Assembly (NCBI RefSeq): GCF_009834535.1
Contig: NC_045696.1
Coordinates: 41,232,001-41,296,000, forward strand
DNA from: Camelus ferus
Taxonomy: Eukaryota
Reading direction: 5' to 3'
DNA: 64,000 nucleotides
In this document: one piece after another, positions 40,007 to 52,692 of the stretch
Layout: the number at the start of each line of letters is the position of its first letter
Position numbering within the stretch: the first letter of the stretch is position 1
Notes under the pieces: model-generated
Databases searched by the model: none
What the model was told of the DNA's origin: nothing
What the model saw: only the letters and a program-made list of their open reading frames with translations
Translations under genes and position numbers: made by a program

Positions 40007-42242
40007 CTAAAAAAACAGGATACAGGTTTGGAGCTCTTGAGCTCTTTAAGAATCACAATACCTAAGCCTCTAGGATTTTAAAGATGTTTGTTGAGTGACT
40101 GAAGACCTAAATACACAGTAATTAATGCAATTAAATCTCCCAAAGAGCCACAAAATATAGGAAGATAATTTTCTTATTAAAATGGAAAACACAAGAAGGC
40201 ACATTAACTGGTATCCGAGATATTCAGCTGGAAAATGAAACTGTTGGAATTTTATAAATATCTACTTCAAGTACATTTTAAGTAGGTTAAAAATAAATTT
40301 CCTAATAAAAAGAATTCACCCTTTTTTATTAGGTAATATCATTCTATCAGAATATCCCAGTATAATATTTTAAGTGCAAAGAGATATGATTTCTTCAAAA
40401 TAAAAAGCATACATTTTTACATTCCAAATGTACCTAAAAAGTGAATGCATCTTAATAGTAAATGCTAATGGGAAAAAAATTCATCTTGTTAAACAAAACA
40501 CAATTTTTACTGGTCATATGGGGAAAAAAACTGAATAGAAATAGAAAGGATACATTATTGAAGAAAATTATTCTTTTGCTGGGCAATTCCCAAAGAAGTT
40601 CCAGGATACTCAGGTTAAAAATCAATTATTTCTTCACCAAGAAAGTTAAAATTATATTCTGCTGGAGGAATAGAATTATCGAACGCAAGGTGGCAGCTTG
40701 TGGAAATAACTCATTTGGTTGGGCTAAGTGTGTTTGGGATAAAGAGAGGTAAGAAGAAACAAAATGGTTTTCACGGTGATGGAGTTTCAGGCACCTTAAG
40801 AAAATCTTGCTGAAAGTAAGTGTTATTAGACAAAAGAAGTTTCTAAAGAGTCTGTAGAGACTTCTTCCTGATATTTAAAATACACAAGGCTTGCAGTGGT
40901 GTCAGTGGACTCTTCTCGCCTGTAGAGAGATGAAACAAGCTACGCAGGAGATGACACAGGTTTAGGAGCCTGGAACCTGGAGATTTAGTGCTCCCTTTGC
41001 TCATCAGTTGGTCTACAGGCTCAGATTTTTCATCAACAGTAACAGGATTTTTAAGAGCTCTTCCAACCCTAAAATTCTACACTGCGAGAGTTTCTGTAGT
41101 CTTGTGATATTCTCTCAACCCCTTTGCTTGCTGAGGTTCCTACTGATAGGCTATCTGCTTCCCTCAGGGTCTAAGAGAGACCATCTGCAGGGAGATGGAT
41201 GTCATGAGGCAATTCTACAAAAAATGATTCAGAATGAATGAGATTAGTATCACTACTAATATTCACAATTCAGTATTTCAATCATATTGATTACAGCTGC
41301 TGAAAACAACTTTGGAAAAGTTACAGATGATTAACACATACCCAGTTAGTGCAGTCAGTGTGGAAGTTTGGTAAAAATTAAACTGCAGAATTGAATAGGC
41401 AAAGTTTAACAGGATATTTCAGAGGACAATGAATGAAATTAATATCCATATCTCCTTTGGAAATAGAACCCTAAGAAATAGTTTAATGGCTACCAAAATA
41501 CAAGTTTGGGCTTATTTCTAACAAACTGCTATGCCAAGAATGCCTGTAGATTGAGGGAAGTTTCCCTTGTAAGAAGCAGCACATTTATCCAAGCTGATGA
41601 TTTGTTTTCCTCAATGTCAGATTCCACCATCAAGTAAATCTTTATGACTTGCCAAGCAACTGGTTTGATTCAAGATTTCTCTTATTTGGATGCAGTGAAA
41701 TGGCCAAACCACCACATGAAGGAGCAGTAGAAACAAGTAAGGGACCTGAATAACGACATGCTGACTGGCCAGTTGTACCCTTCATGTGGACTGCACAGTG
41801 AAACCCACTTCTGGAAGCTTCTGTTACTCTCAAACACAAGTCAGATGCCTAAAGTCCTTTTTACATGGCCAGAGACCTTGTAAAATTAGTCAAGATGACA
41901 AACTATTTAAAATTAGGGTATACATTTATATTTTAAAATAGAATATAAATGTTCTTCCCCAGGAACAGTCCTGTTTCCTGTATAGAAAACTTGCAGAGTA
42001 GCTGAGAGGTGCTTTTCAGTTATGCCCTAAAGAATATTCACAACACTGCTACGTGACTGGCTATAGACTGTGGACAGAAGGAGAAGTGGGGCACAGAACC
42101 GCAGGATCAGCCATCAAAGCCTGTGAGCAGTGATTAAGTTAGGGCTTCTGATAACTAGTAATGGTGCCCACGTATTATCTTTCCATTCTTATAAAATCTG
42201 CAAACACTCACCTTCTACATGAAATACAAAAAATGTATTTAC

Positions 42243-42317
42243 CCGCGTCGGTCTGAGGCTCATCTGGGCTGGGTAGGATTACAGTTTGGGAAGGCAGAGG
42301 TGACGTTTCTATGGTAA
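42243..42317 (-). CDS. ABI3BP: ABI3BP exon (75 nt; alternative in-frame acceptor 9 nt in)
   Basis: ccttcag|TTACCATAG|AAACG...GCGG|gtaaat; VTIETSPLPSQTVILPSPDEPQTDA. Confidence 0.9.
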
Positions 42318-43051
42318 CTGAAGGAAAGTACCCAGGGTTACTATAATGTTTCACACACCTTGAGTACAGAAGACAGAAAGGATGGTAAAAAGATTGGGAA
42401 AAAAAAAAAAAAGAAAGAAAAAGAAAGAAAATAGCAAGTCTGCAGCAAAATAGCACTCCGTCGTAATGCATTTAAAAATTGCTTAGAGATGCCAGATTAC
42501 AAAATACTTTCAAATATCCTTATTTTTTAAAACTGCACTCCACCCTAGTACCTCCCCAACAATGCTAGAAAGATACATTCAATACTACCCATAAAGAGAA
42601 AAACAGTACTAAAAACTGTTAAAGCCTAAGCCGTTTAAGAAGCACTGAATTTTACTTGTCTAATGGAAAAAAAAAACATGTAAATGAATGGGATGAAATG
42701 AGGGTTAATACAAAGTATGTTGCTTGGGCAGAAAGTATAAATGGATTATCACACACAAAATATTATCTGTAATATTCAACACAATACCAAGCTGGCAGAA
42801 TGTTCAATGTTAGAAAGAAGATGCTTTAGATTCGATACTTTGGGTGACTTGAGAGAGAGACCAAGGTCTAAACACAAAACTGAATGGGAGAAGATACTTT
42901 GTGGACAATGGTTATGAAGAGAAGCACCTAGAAAGAAAATTAAGTGCCATGACAAAGACTGATGCTGCAACATGAATTCACAATGACGGAGAACCTGGGT
43001 TCTCCTGTGATGCTGGCAACGCGGACAAAAGTTGCTGAGATGTGTCATTAC

Positions 43052-43099
43052 CTAGCGTGGTCTCGGGCGGTTCAGACACATATGTAATAGATTCCACAG
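43052..43099 (-). CDS. ABI3BP: ABI3BP exon (48 nt)
   Basis: gatgcag|CTGTG...CTAG|gtaatg; AVESITYVSEPPETTL. Confidence 0.9.
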   Translation of the reverse strand: MWNLLHMCLNRPRPR

Positions 43100-43563
43100 C
43101 TGCATCAAAACAAAGGAGAACAATTTAAGAAACTGTAAGATGAAGCTATAGTCAAATATGTCTTTCCTGAATATCAACACACCTAATTCTCTTGAGAATT
43201 TGCATCCTATTTTCGCAGACAGGACAATGGACTTAGATAAGAAGAAAGAGGACCAAGAGGGAAATCGTTTTCTATAACCCCAATCCTCCAATTAATATTT
43301 ACGCTTTAACTGTCACTAACTGACCATCCGATGTTATTCTGCCTCATTATTTACATACCACAGAGAAACTGACACTTATTTCTGTTTTCAGAGCGTCAAC
43401 TATTATTTTTTAAATCCAAGAATTTTGGAAGCTATAGCTCTTCAAAGCCTTTCAGTTGTAGAACAAATACCCTAGTTTGAACTTTCACGTTCCATGAAAC
43501 ACAACAGGTGCTAATAAACATTTATTTTGAATAAATGAATCAAAGCATGAAGACCTTTACCAC

Positions 43564-43635
43564 CTTCAGTCTTTGTCTCCTCTGGCCTGAGTGGTGCTTT
43601 GGCAGCAGGATATACATAATCTGTTCCAGTCAGTG
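43564..43635 (-). CDS. ABI3BP: ABI3BP exon (72 nt; tandem donor gives 75 nt from 43561)
   Basis: ccctag|CACTG...GAAG|gtg|gtaaag; ALTGTDYVYPAAKAPLRPEETKTE. Confidence 0.88.
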
Positions 43636-44298
43636 CTAGGGAAGAAGCAGGGAGTGGCTGGTTAGTGACGGACAACCCACAGCACTCTGAAATGGAATAC
43701 TGGCTAATGTGAGAATAGAGGTTAATTTTCTTCAGTAGATACATTTGTGAGAAGAAATAACATTGAGGTAGATTATGAAGATGATTACAATTTAAGAGGG
43801 CAAAAATGAAGGCAGTGTGCACTGTGGGACACCCTGCCCCCCATACACACACGATAATGGGCAGGGTCTACAGCAATTTCCACCTGGAGCAAAGCAGATA
43901 ATTTCACTTCTTTACATACTTTTTTAAAAAGAACTCTAGTCAGAAAAAGACATACGGTGAGTCCTTTGAAATGAGGAGGAATCCTAAAAACAACGTGAAA
44001 ATGAAAACTAGGACATGCATATCCATATTAAAAAAGTGATCAGAATATTAAAAAATGAAATTGTGTGTTCAGAGTGAGAGGAAACTAAGTGAGGAAACCG
44101 TGAAACTTGCACAGCAATACAGCAGACACAAACGCGATGTGCTGCATACAACATTTGACTCTCAAGATTCACTGGATGAGCACAGACAAGACGTGAGGAG
44201 CTATGAAATGTCACAAAGCATGAGAACATCCCAAGATGACTTCTGCAATGAGATGGAAAAGCGCATATAGCTGACTTCCCCTTAAGGAACACGATTAC

Positions 44299-44355
44299 CT
44301 ATCGCTTCCCTTGATGACTCAGTGCTAAATGTAACCGATCCCAGGACTTCAGAAA
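44299..44355 (-). CDS. ABI3BP: ABI3BP exon (57 nt)
   Basis: ttgctag|TTTCT...ATAG|gtaatc; VSEVLGSVTFSTESSREAI. Confidence 0.87.
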   Translation of the reverse strand, partial: FLKSWDRLHLALSHQGKR

Positions 44356-45244
44356 CTAGCAAAAAATACAAAATGGTGCATTTGATCACAGATGGGTTGT
44401 TGTGAGCATTGAATGAGTTCATACAAACTAAGTATTTAGGCAAGTGCCTTGGACTTGTAAGTGCTCTGTGTCACCTATTATCATAATAACAATAATATTA
44501 TTAACACTAAAGGAAGCTCTAATAACTGAACTGAATTCATAATTTTATAAGTGTTGTAGGTTATCATGAATAATCAATCTTACACCATCAACATAAACAC
44601 CAAAATGCCATTTAGGTAATTAAAAAATACACAAAGGGGATGAAAAGGAATTACAATCCTACACTAGAAAAAAAAAAATAAGATCCAGTGTTTCAAAGTA
44701 AACGTCAAAGGGTTGCAACCACATTTTAAAACTTTGTTTTTAATTTTGAAGGGTAATAATGTTCAGGCTTATATTGTGTAAGGTGAAGTTTTGTTATCTT
44801 CACTGAATTAAGAACTTTCCCCTTCCTTAGTGGTCACTAACAAGTGAGCATTCTTTTCACATAGCAGAGCACAAATTTAGCGTATTACTAAAGAGAACCA
44901 CAAGTTTGTAACTTAGTGAAAAATAAAGGTGAGTAACAAAATCAATTCTTCTAAGTGGCTCTGTTGACTACTTAATTAGGTACATGATTATTCTCTAATA
45001 TGATACAGAGCAAACACAATAAAATGAAGGTAAGTACTTCTATGCAGTTGAATAAAACAATTAATATAAATATAATGTACTACTAATTTAACACCAATAT
45101 GTGCAATCATGGAAAGAACATGTACAATATACAGTTATTAAATGCGTATTTCCTTTTGCATTTTTTAATATTTGGAAATATAACACTTGGAGTGTGTCCC
45201 CTGAAAGTCATGGTGTACCCAAACAGATCTAATAATCTATTTAC

Positions 45245-45319
45245 CGGTTTGACTTTGTGTAATTTCTAGGCTTGGTGATGTCACTGGTTTCAAGATAAGA
45301 GTTTGCAGTTCAGTGGGAG
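45245..45319 (-). CDS. ABI3BP: ABI3BP exon (75 nt)
   Basis: ctttcag|CTCCC...ACCG|gtaaat; APTELQTLILKPVTSPSLEITQSQT. Confidence 0.9.
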
Positions 45320-45453
45320 CTGAAAGAAGAGGGTGTAAGTTGTCAAAGTAATTATGGATAATTTATTTCACAGGATTTAGACAAAGGTAGCAACATGTAG
45401 GTCTTCGAAATTGCAGGGTATGGAGAGACATGCAGAATATGAGTTATTTAAAA

Positions 45454-45798
45454 CAGAGATTGGCAAATTTTGACCCTCTCCAATCCAGCCCTCTTCCTGG
45501 CCTGTGAGCTAAGAATGGTTTTTACATTTTTAAATGCTAGAAAAAAGTTAACAGTGATATTCTGTGACATGTAAGACTGGTATGAAATGCAAATAAATTT
45601 TTACTGCAACAGAACCACACCTACCAACTAAGATGATTCAAGGCATATTTACTTATCACTTATATCCTGGCTTTGGTTATCTTCAAGCTCCAATAGCAGA
45701 ACTGAGTAGTTGTGACAGAAACTGAATGATCTGCAAAGTCTAAAATATTCACTATCTAACTCTTCATATTAAAAAATTTACTGATTTGCTGATCCCTG
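45454..45798 (+). mobile_element. MER58B-like hAT DNA transposon remnant
   Basis: cagagattggcaaa...gcctgtgagctaagaatggtttttacatttttaaatg...gcaaagtctaaaatattcactatct...ttgctgatccctg. Confidence 0.7.
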
Positions 45799-47513
45799 AT
45801 TTTCACCATCCTTCTAGAAAAAACAAGAGCCTATTTGAAAAAATTAGGTTCTCAGTGACTACTGTTATCTGAATCTAAATTCTCACAAGGGCTTTCTAAG
45901 AGTTTCCTACAGCTGATTTCATGACAGTAACGTTAACAAAATGTTCCATATCATCTGGTAGTGTTCTGTTCTGTGTTCCAATTTGACCACCCCATTGGGT
46001 ATCCTCAGTAGGTGTTAAATTTTTTGGTTTTATTTTGCTGTTCTCACCATTCTATCCACTAATTCTAATCCTAGTTATTTCAAAGCCCAACTATTCTCTC
46101 TCAGCCCACATAGATCCTTGACTCCTTCAAATATTTTCTCTATTTTTTAACCAAACAAGCTGCTTTTGTATAAGCAAATTGTCTTATAGCTAAGAAAAAC
46201 TCAAGAACTGGTTTTCTTCACAATTATATTGCACTTTGTTCAAGAGGTAAAACATGCCCTTACTTTTGATCTCCACCTCTGTTCCACACCCCATGCCACT
46301 CAACTGCTAATATGGTGCTGGGACCACAGAGGGCAAGAAAATGTCTGTTTACCTAAGCCAAAGAAAGAGTGCTATTTTAAAAAGATTTGCATGGAATAGA
46401 GTGATCAGAGAACTGAATAGGATACATCTTTTGTCAGAGAAAATCCTTATGCATTTGACTACCTTAGAGATTTCCTCCAAGCGTGAACCTTCTGGTCAAT
46501 AAGCAAGTGTAGAGGTGCTAACCACTCTATGCACCTTCTCTCTTAGAGGGCATGGAGGTGGGAGGTGCCAGTTAGCAAGCCACAACACTGTTACTTTTGG
46601 GACACATCTGCAATGGGCTGGAAGGACTGTTTAAACCAAAATCATTAGATTTTCCTGGTTTCAACTCTGAAGCTTTGAGAAATTTAAAGCTTGGCAGAAG
46701 GATATTTTCCCCCACGTTTCAAAATTAAAAGAAGAAAATCTTGAGCTGCTATTGTATTTGTAGGTTTAGAAACCATCAACAGCAAAGTACAGGGACCAAT
46801 GTTTTCTAAAATATTAGATTTTCTTGAGTTTATTGTCAAAGTTTGAAAAATTTTATTTTAACAAGCTAATTTGTTCCTTATCACTGAGGATCTTTTAGAC
46901 CAAAATAATACCAACATTTGTTAAAGATATAGATATTAATATGTGTAATTAGATACTCAGAGAGATTCCTGCTTAGTACAAGTTCAGAACCAATGCTGAA
47001 CTGTAAGTAAAAGCCACATGCATTGATGATGAGGAAGCCTTTAACTTCTATTCACTAGAATTGATACTTTCAGGAAGCAACTTTTTTTTTTGATAATTAA
47101 ATTTAACAAGGAAACTTCATTCTTCAAAATAGGAAGAGAATAATGAGAATATCACAAAAATCTGATAGAAAGTAAGTTGCTCAGAGAAATTTCATTGTAC
47201 TTAATTATCATTTTACAGGTCTAAATACCAACTATTTAGCGGAACAGTCTGGGCTTCAGACTTTTCACTGAATCACATAATAAAATGTTAAAGGGGGTTT
47301 CATGGAAGATAGATCTCCTCAGCTGAATCCAGGGACATCTGTTAAAAACAACAGGTAGCACTTGAATTAAGACTCCTGACTACTTATAAGACGAAGTACG
47401 AAACAGAATTACAACAGCAGCCTAAGGAAGCAGGAGCCACTCTGGCCACGACAGTGATGAAGTGGCTTTTTAGCAAGTGGAAAAGCATTTAATGAGGTCA
47501 CAAAAATCATTAC

Positions 47514-47573
47514 CTAATGTTGTTTCTGGAGCTTCAGAACTATGAACAACCGGTTCAAAGCTTGTAGCAGGAA
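47514..47573 (-). CDS. ABI3BP: ABI3BP exon (60 nt, type-A acidic module)
   Basis: tggatag|TTCCT...TTAG|gtaatg; VPATSFEPVVHSSEAPETTL. Confidence 0.9.
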   Translation of the reverse strand, partial: FLLQALNRLFIVLKLQKQH

Positions 47574-48170
47574 CTATCCAAAAACAACATGAACACAGGA
47601 AAGTTTAAACACTCATAGAAAGTCTTTAACTTTTCTTTCAAAATGTTAGCTCAAATGACAAGCAATTTTTTTAAACTTTTGAATTCACAGAAAGCTGTCT
47701 CTGTAGCTAGAAACAATTCCTTGCAGAAGGTAAGCACAACCTTCGAACTCTGCTATGAATCTTAGTATCATCAACATGAGGCTTTCCTAGGAAGGGTGTT
47801 TGATTTTCTGGTTCTAATATGAAAGCTTGGTTTGTTCAGGCGATATACAGGAAAAAAAATATGAAAGTAATGTTGCATTTCTGGGAAACGGAAAAAAATA
47901 ACTATGTTTATGTACTCTTGGCTATAATAAATAGATCACATACATTTAGATGTAGATATAGCCATAAATAACCAGAAGTGATTATGCCAATCTTGCTATA
48001 AATAAGAGACACCAAGAACCTCATCCAGGAAGCAACTGCTAACCATACCTCAATGCCTTGACTCTTAGGGAACATGAAGGATATTACTGTCCATCAGAGG
48101 CATTGCTCTGGGACATCACTGGGACAGACTGCTAGGGCTCATCCCTCAAACCATGGAATACCACATTTAC

Positions 48171-48251
48171 CCAGTTTGGTCTGAGGTGCTTCAGGGCTTG
48201 GTGTGGTTTTAGGTCTGGGACGTGGACGGCGAACTCGTGATGTTTTAGAAG
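48171..48251 (-). CDS. ABI3BP: ABI3BP exon (81 nt, type-B basic module)
   Basis: ccttcag|CTTCT...CTGG|gtaaat; ASKTSRVRRPRPRPKTTPSPEAPQTKL. Confidence 0.91.
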
Positions 48252-48876
48252 CTGAAGGAAGAAATGCTGGATTACTCTAGTGAAGGTGGTTTTGGAAATA
48301 ACATTCTAGATTATCTAAACTATGTTACATTTTCTTGAAATTTAAGGCATATATTTTTAAGATTCAAATACTTTATCCTATTTTGTTAATTCTTTTATCA
48401 CTGAAGATTCTTGAGAGGTAAAACTCACACATAAAAGAATCTTGTAAATCTGTAACTTTAAGAAAGGTAAGGACTATAATCAAATCGTAGGTGGTTCACA
48501 CTAACAAATTTAAATATGTAAAAAAATCCATGGTACCAAAGAAATTGTTACGATTTAGTAGAGAGTACAAAGACATTACCAATTTGTTTTAAATTCAGCT
48601 TTAAATGTGATCACAGTTTAGGCAAAAGTATGTGACACAAATTCAAATCAAATTACATGGTAGACAGATATTCTGTCCATGCTTTCCTTTTAAAACCAAC
48701 AGGTAGCTTCTTTTTAGAATCTTCAATACTCTTAATAAAAAGAAAAATAAAGTTGAAGAACAGCAAAGGATGATCAGACCGTCTTATGAAGCTGGTGATA
48801 ATGTGATTATGATGATGATGGAATGGGTTGACAATGAGCAGGAGAAAAAGTGTTGAGGAACATAGAATATCATTAC

Positions 48877-48936
48877 CTAATGTTGTTTCTGGAGCCTTGG
48901 TTCTAAGAGTGACAGGTTCAAGGACTGTAGAGAAAA
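48877..48936 (-). CDS. ABI3BP: ABI3BP exon (60 nt, type A)
   Basis: tgaccag|TTTTC...TTAG|gtaatg; VFSTVLEPVTLRTKAPETTL. Confidence 0.89.
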   Translation of the reverse strand, partial: FSLQSLNLSLLEPRLQKQH

Positions 48937-48989
48937 CTGGTCAAAAATAATAAAGTAAATGAGAGATTTTAAAAACTCATTTGAAGACT

Positions 48990-49210
48990 AATTGCAGATA
49001 CTAACTACTATATATAAAATAGATAAACTACTATATATAAAAGATGCAATAGTTCTACTGTATAGCACAGGGAACTACATTCAATATCTTATAGTAACCT
49101 ATAATGAAAAAGAATATGAAAATGAATATATGTATGTATTTGTATGACCAAAATATTATGCTGTACACCAGAAAACGACACATTGTAAACTGACTATACT
49201 TCAATAAAGT
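48990..49210 (+). mobile_element. L1 3' end
   Basis: ctactgtatagcacagggaactacattcaatatctt...gctgtacaccagaaa...ttgtaaactgactatacttcaataaa. Confidence 0.85.
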
Positions 49211-50120
49211 CAATTTTTAAGCTTCAGAACTGAGAGAAAAGAGACACACACTTGCTCTTTGCAAATTTGACCAAATTGTGGCTACTATCCATTAATCTCA
49301 TAAATAGACATAGCATTGCACCTTGCTCAGTACCACTGTGGTCAGCAAGAATTGTAGATGTTTGATTAGCTGACTCTTGCTAGTATAAAGATTCTGATGG
49401 ACAAGTCTTTTATACATTTATATAATATATACTTTCCTAACTCTACTAGAAAATGCATTTATCAGTCTACTTATGCTTCTAAGCAAGTTGAGATAAATGT
49501 CCACTATTTTGTCTACTATTTCAATACTCATGTGTATAATAATGAGTTCATATGTTTGGACGGATAAGGAGCAATGTGACGAATAGAGTGTGGTCATCAA
49601 AACTTCAAAGTGGTCCCTGATTCGATAAACATAAAGAAACTCTGTCAAGCCCTGTTAGAGAAGGAGAGTCAGCCTACTCTCTCGTGAAAACCCATCATTT
49701 AAGTGTTCAAGACTTAGGCACACTTAAATATTTGACCATTAACTAAAAACATCATTCCCTGAAACAACAGATCCACAAAAATAATCACATAGATCCTAAT
49801 CTGATAAAAAGTAACATGATCAAAGAAACATGGTATTATCACAATTGATGAGGAAAAAGCAAGTGATCAAAATAAGGGATAGATGGAAGTTCACGTTTGG
49901 AAGGAAGCTTAAAATAGCCAGTGTTGTTCTAACAAATGTACATGATCACATGACACAATGTTGAGCAGTTTCCTGGCAGTTGGACATCCTGAAATTAGTA
50001 TATACCCAGTTCTCTTAAGTTCAACAGATAACTTGACACAGAGCTTAGCATAGTTGCAAGATGCAGGAGAACTTGTGGCTACAATGGTATGACAATGAGC
50101 AGGAAAAGCACTATTCGAAG

Positions 50121-50172
50121 ATTTCTGGAGCTTCAGTTCTAGGAGTACCAGGTTCAAGATCTTTAGTAGGAA
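50121..50172 (-). pseudogene. Dead type-A exon copy (pseudo-exon)
   Basis: Encodes VPTKDLEPGTPRTEAPE, but the acceptor reads ttgactgg (not ...cag) and the last codons plus GT donor are deleted relative to paralog 48877-48936. Confidence 0.8.
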
Positions 50173-50587
50173 CCAGTCAAAAGCAATAAAATAAACACTT
50201 GTGAAAAGTCAGCAAATTAAATCTCACCAGTAAAATATTGCTTCAATAGGTATATAACAATCTGAAATTTTTTTCTGAAATTACATACTTCTTAAAGATT
50301 TGTTCACCTAAAGCTAGATAAATGTTCTTTTATGAGACAGTTTCATAGCCTACACAATCTGGTAAATATCTCAATAGAATCAACACGACATTCTCCTAGG
50401 TGTCTAAGCACCTAATTCCAATCACTGTAGAAAACTGACCTAGGAAACTTGTTTAAACATCTCACCAAATATATATTCATGTAACTATTCTGGCAATTGC
50501 TGGCTTTTCTGTAGAAGTTTTAAGATAAAAGCACGTTTAGTTTTCATCACAAGAAAAAGATATATTTTTTCTATTCCTTTAATTTTG

Positions 50588-50735
50588 CATCTATATGAGA
50601 TGATGGATCAAACTAAGTAAAGTTATTGTGGTAATCATTTCATGACGTATGTAAGTCAAATCATTATGCTGTATACCTTAAACTTCTAAGTGCTGTATGC
50701 CAATTAGATATCAATAAAACTGGAAGAAAAAAAAT
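50588..50735 (+). mobile_element. Old L1 3' end
   Basis: tattgtggtaatcatttca...aaatcattatgctgtataccttaaac...tcaataaaactggaagaaaaaaaa. Confidence 0.75.
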
Positions 50736-51765
50736 GGCATGTCTAGAGAAGCCTAGATAAAATAGCTTTTATGTTTGAAAGGAGGCATAGAAAAGAATTA
50801 AGCAAAGTGAACCTGGTAGAGCTTGTTGAGAATTCATACTTGGAAACAGGCTGAGACCTTGTTTGAGGCAAAGTTACTCAGCAAATCAGGATAAGGAACA
50901 TCTAGTATATGGAGCCCTGTAGAGCAACTCTCTGCTCTAATCATAAAAATGGGCACCCTGTATAGGTGGGAGAGACTGTCACAGGAGAGACCACTGATGC
51001 TTCTAGGGTCAGGTCCAGACTTCTGAGTCATACCTTCAAGGACTTTCCTCAGCTGCTCTAATGGACCCTTCCAAACTCAGCACTACCATCATCACTTAGA
51101 AGCAGAACCTCCCTTGTGCCAGAAGCCTGTCATCTCTGGTTGGTCTCTCTATCTCCTCTCTTTCTTTCTCTGTTCTTCTCCATGATTTTAAGACTCAACT
51201 ACTTTCCAACTCTTTATTCCCATCCTTCACAAACTTTCCTCTCTTTAAGCTCAGAGATGCTTACAACCCCTGCAAAACACAGCTCAATTTGTGCAGACAT
51301 ACTGCCTTGGTTCAGTCTTTTAACGTTTCACATTGGGGCAGGTTCTGAATCTGACGATACTACAGACTGAGAAGTAAACACAAGCTGCCTACTTCGGTGA
51401 TATTGTCACAGCTGTCGATGGGCTGTGGGATGATGGAAGGCACTTCATGTTTGTTTCTTGAAACAAAAACACTTGGTTCCATTTAAGACACTCTGTCTTT
51501 AAGAATGGAATGAAATAAGAAAAAGTAAAAAAAACACACAGTAAGAGAGTAAGTCCTTAAGGATAAAGCACAAGGTATTCAGCTGCCACACAAGCCTCCA
51601 CCATCATGTTCTCCTTTGTGACCTCACTGTGGGAGGCAGCAGCAGATCACTTTGTGAGTCTCCCCATAGACAGCTCGCCTGGGCTATCACTCTCACTACC
51701 AGTGTCAATCCCAGACTCCCAAGAGCTGCAAGGACTCACTCCTTTAACAAGAAACCCACATTTAC

Positions 51766-51849
51766 CCAGCTTGGCTTGAGGTGCCTCAGGAGTTGGTGTG
51801 GTTTTAGGTTTGGGACGTGGACGACGGGTCCGTTTTGATGTTTTAGAAG
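51766..51849 (-). CDS. ABI3BP: ABI3BP exon (84 nt, type B)
   Basis: tcttcag|CTTCT...CTGG|gtaaat; ASKTSKRTRRPRPKPKTTPTPEAPQAKL. Confidence 0.91.
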
Positions 51850-52632
51850 CTGAAGAGAGAAAACCTTCAGTTACTATGGAGTCTGTAGTTCAGAATCTAT
51901 GGGTAGCATGACACGTGGCTCTAAATAATATAACTTACTACATTTCCTCCTATTTTAGGAAATGTGGCTTATAGACTTTTTAATTTAAAGCTTTCACCCT
52001 TATTATAATAGTATATATATATATTTACAATTGAAAGTTCATTGGGAGTGAGTCATATATAAAAGTAAGTTACTTATTCAAGAAGTGAAGAATCATTCGT
52101 AGAACTCTTCTTTGAATAAAAAAGATAAGAATCACTTCTAATATATTTTGGCAGTGGTGATAGCCAGGTACAAACTCTTTGACAGTTTACTAAAATCAGA
52201 CCATGTAATTAACTAAAATGTCAGTTAAAGAACAAATACCAGATAGTTAAAAAAAAAAAACAAAACAGTAGACCTTTAGATCCACAAAGAACCCCCCTGA
52301 CAACATAACAGTTATTAGAGTCAAGAGAACTGCTTTAGAAATCCAGCTTTAACAAAACATTGGTTAAGAAACACATAAGATGATGAAAGCAATTTCAGAT
52401 GGTTACATGTACAACAGTTGACCTGAGTTAGGTTCATGCGTGGTTCTCTTAAAAACAAGGGATGCCTTATTTTAAGAGTCAGAGTCTTCAGTGTTTTTAA
52501 GGATGAAGAATATAACGGAGTGACAATATAACGGAGCTTATGAAGCAAAAGAATTTGTAGCTATGATGTTGATGGAATGAACCTGACAATGAGAAGGAAA
52601 AGCACTTACTGAGGATCAGAATGTGTTATTAC

Positions 52633-52692
52633 CTTTTGTTGTCACCCAAGCCTCAGTTCTGAACGTAACAGGTTCGAAGTCTGCAGTGGGAA
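52633..52692 (-). CDS. ABI3BP: ABI3BP exon (60 nt, type A)
   Basis: tggtcag|TTCCC...AAAG|gtaata; VPTADFEPVTFRTEAWVTTK. Confidence 0.89.

Noticed and set aside
51325..51372. Possible extra type-A exon remnant (caggttc core)
   Set aside because: Similarity limited to a few bases, with no matching donor or flank motifs
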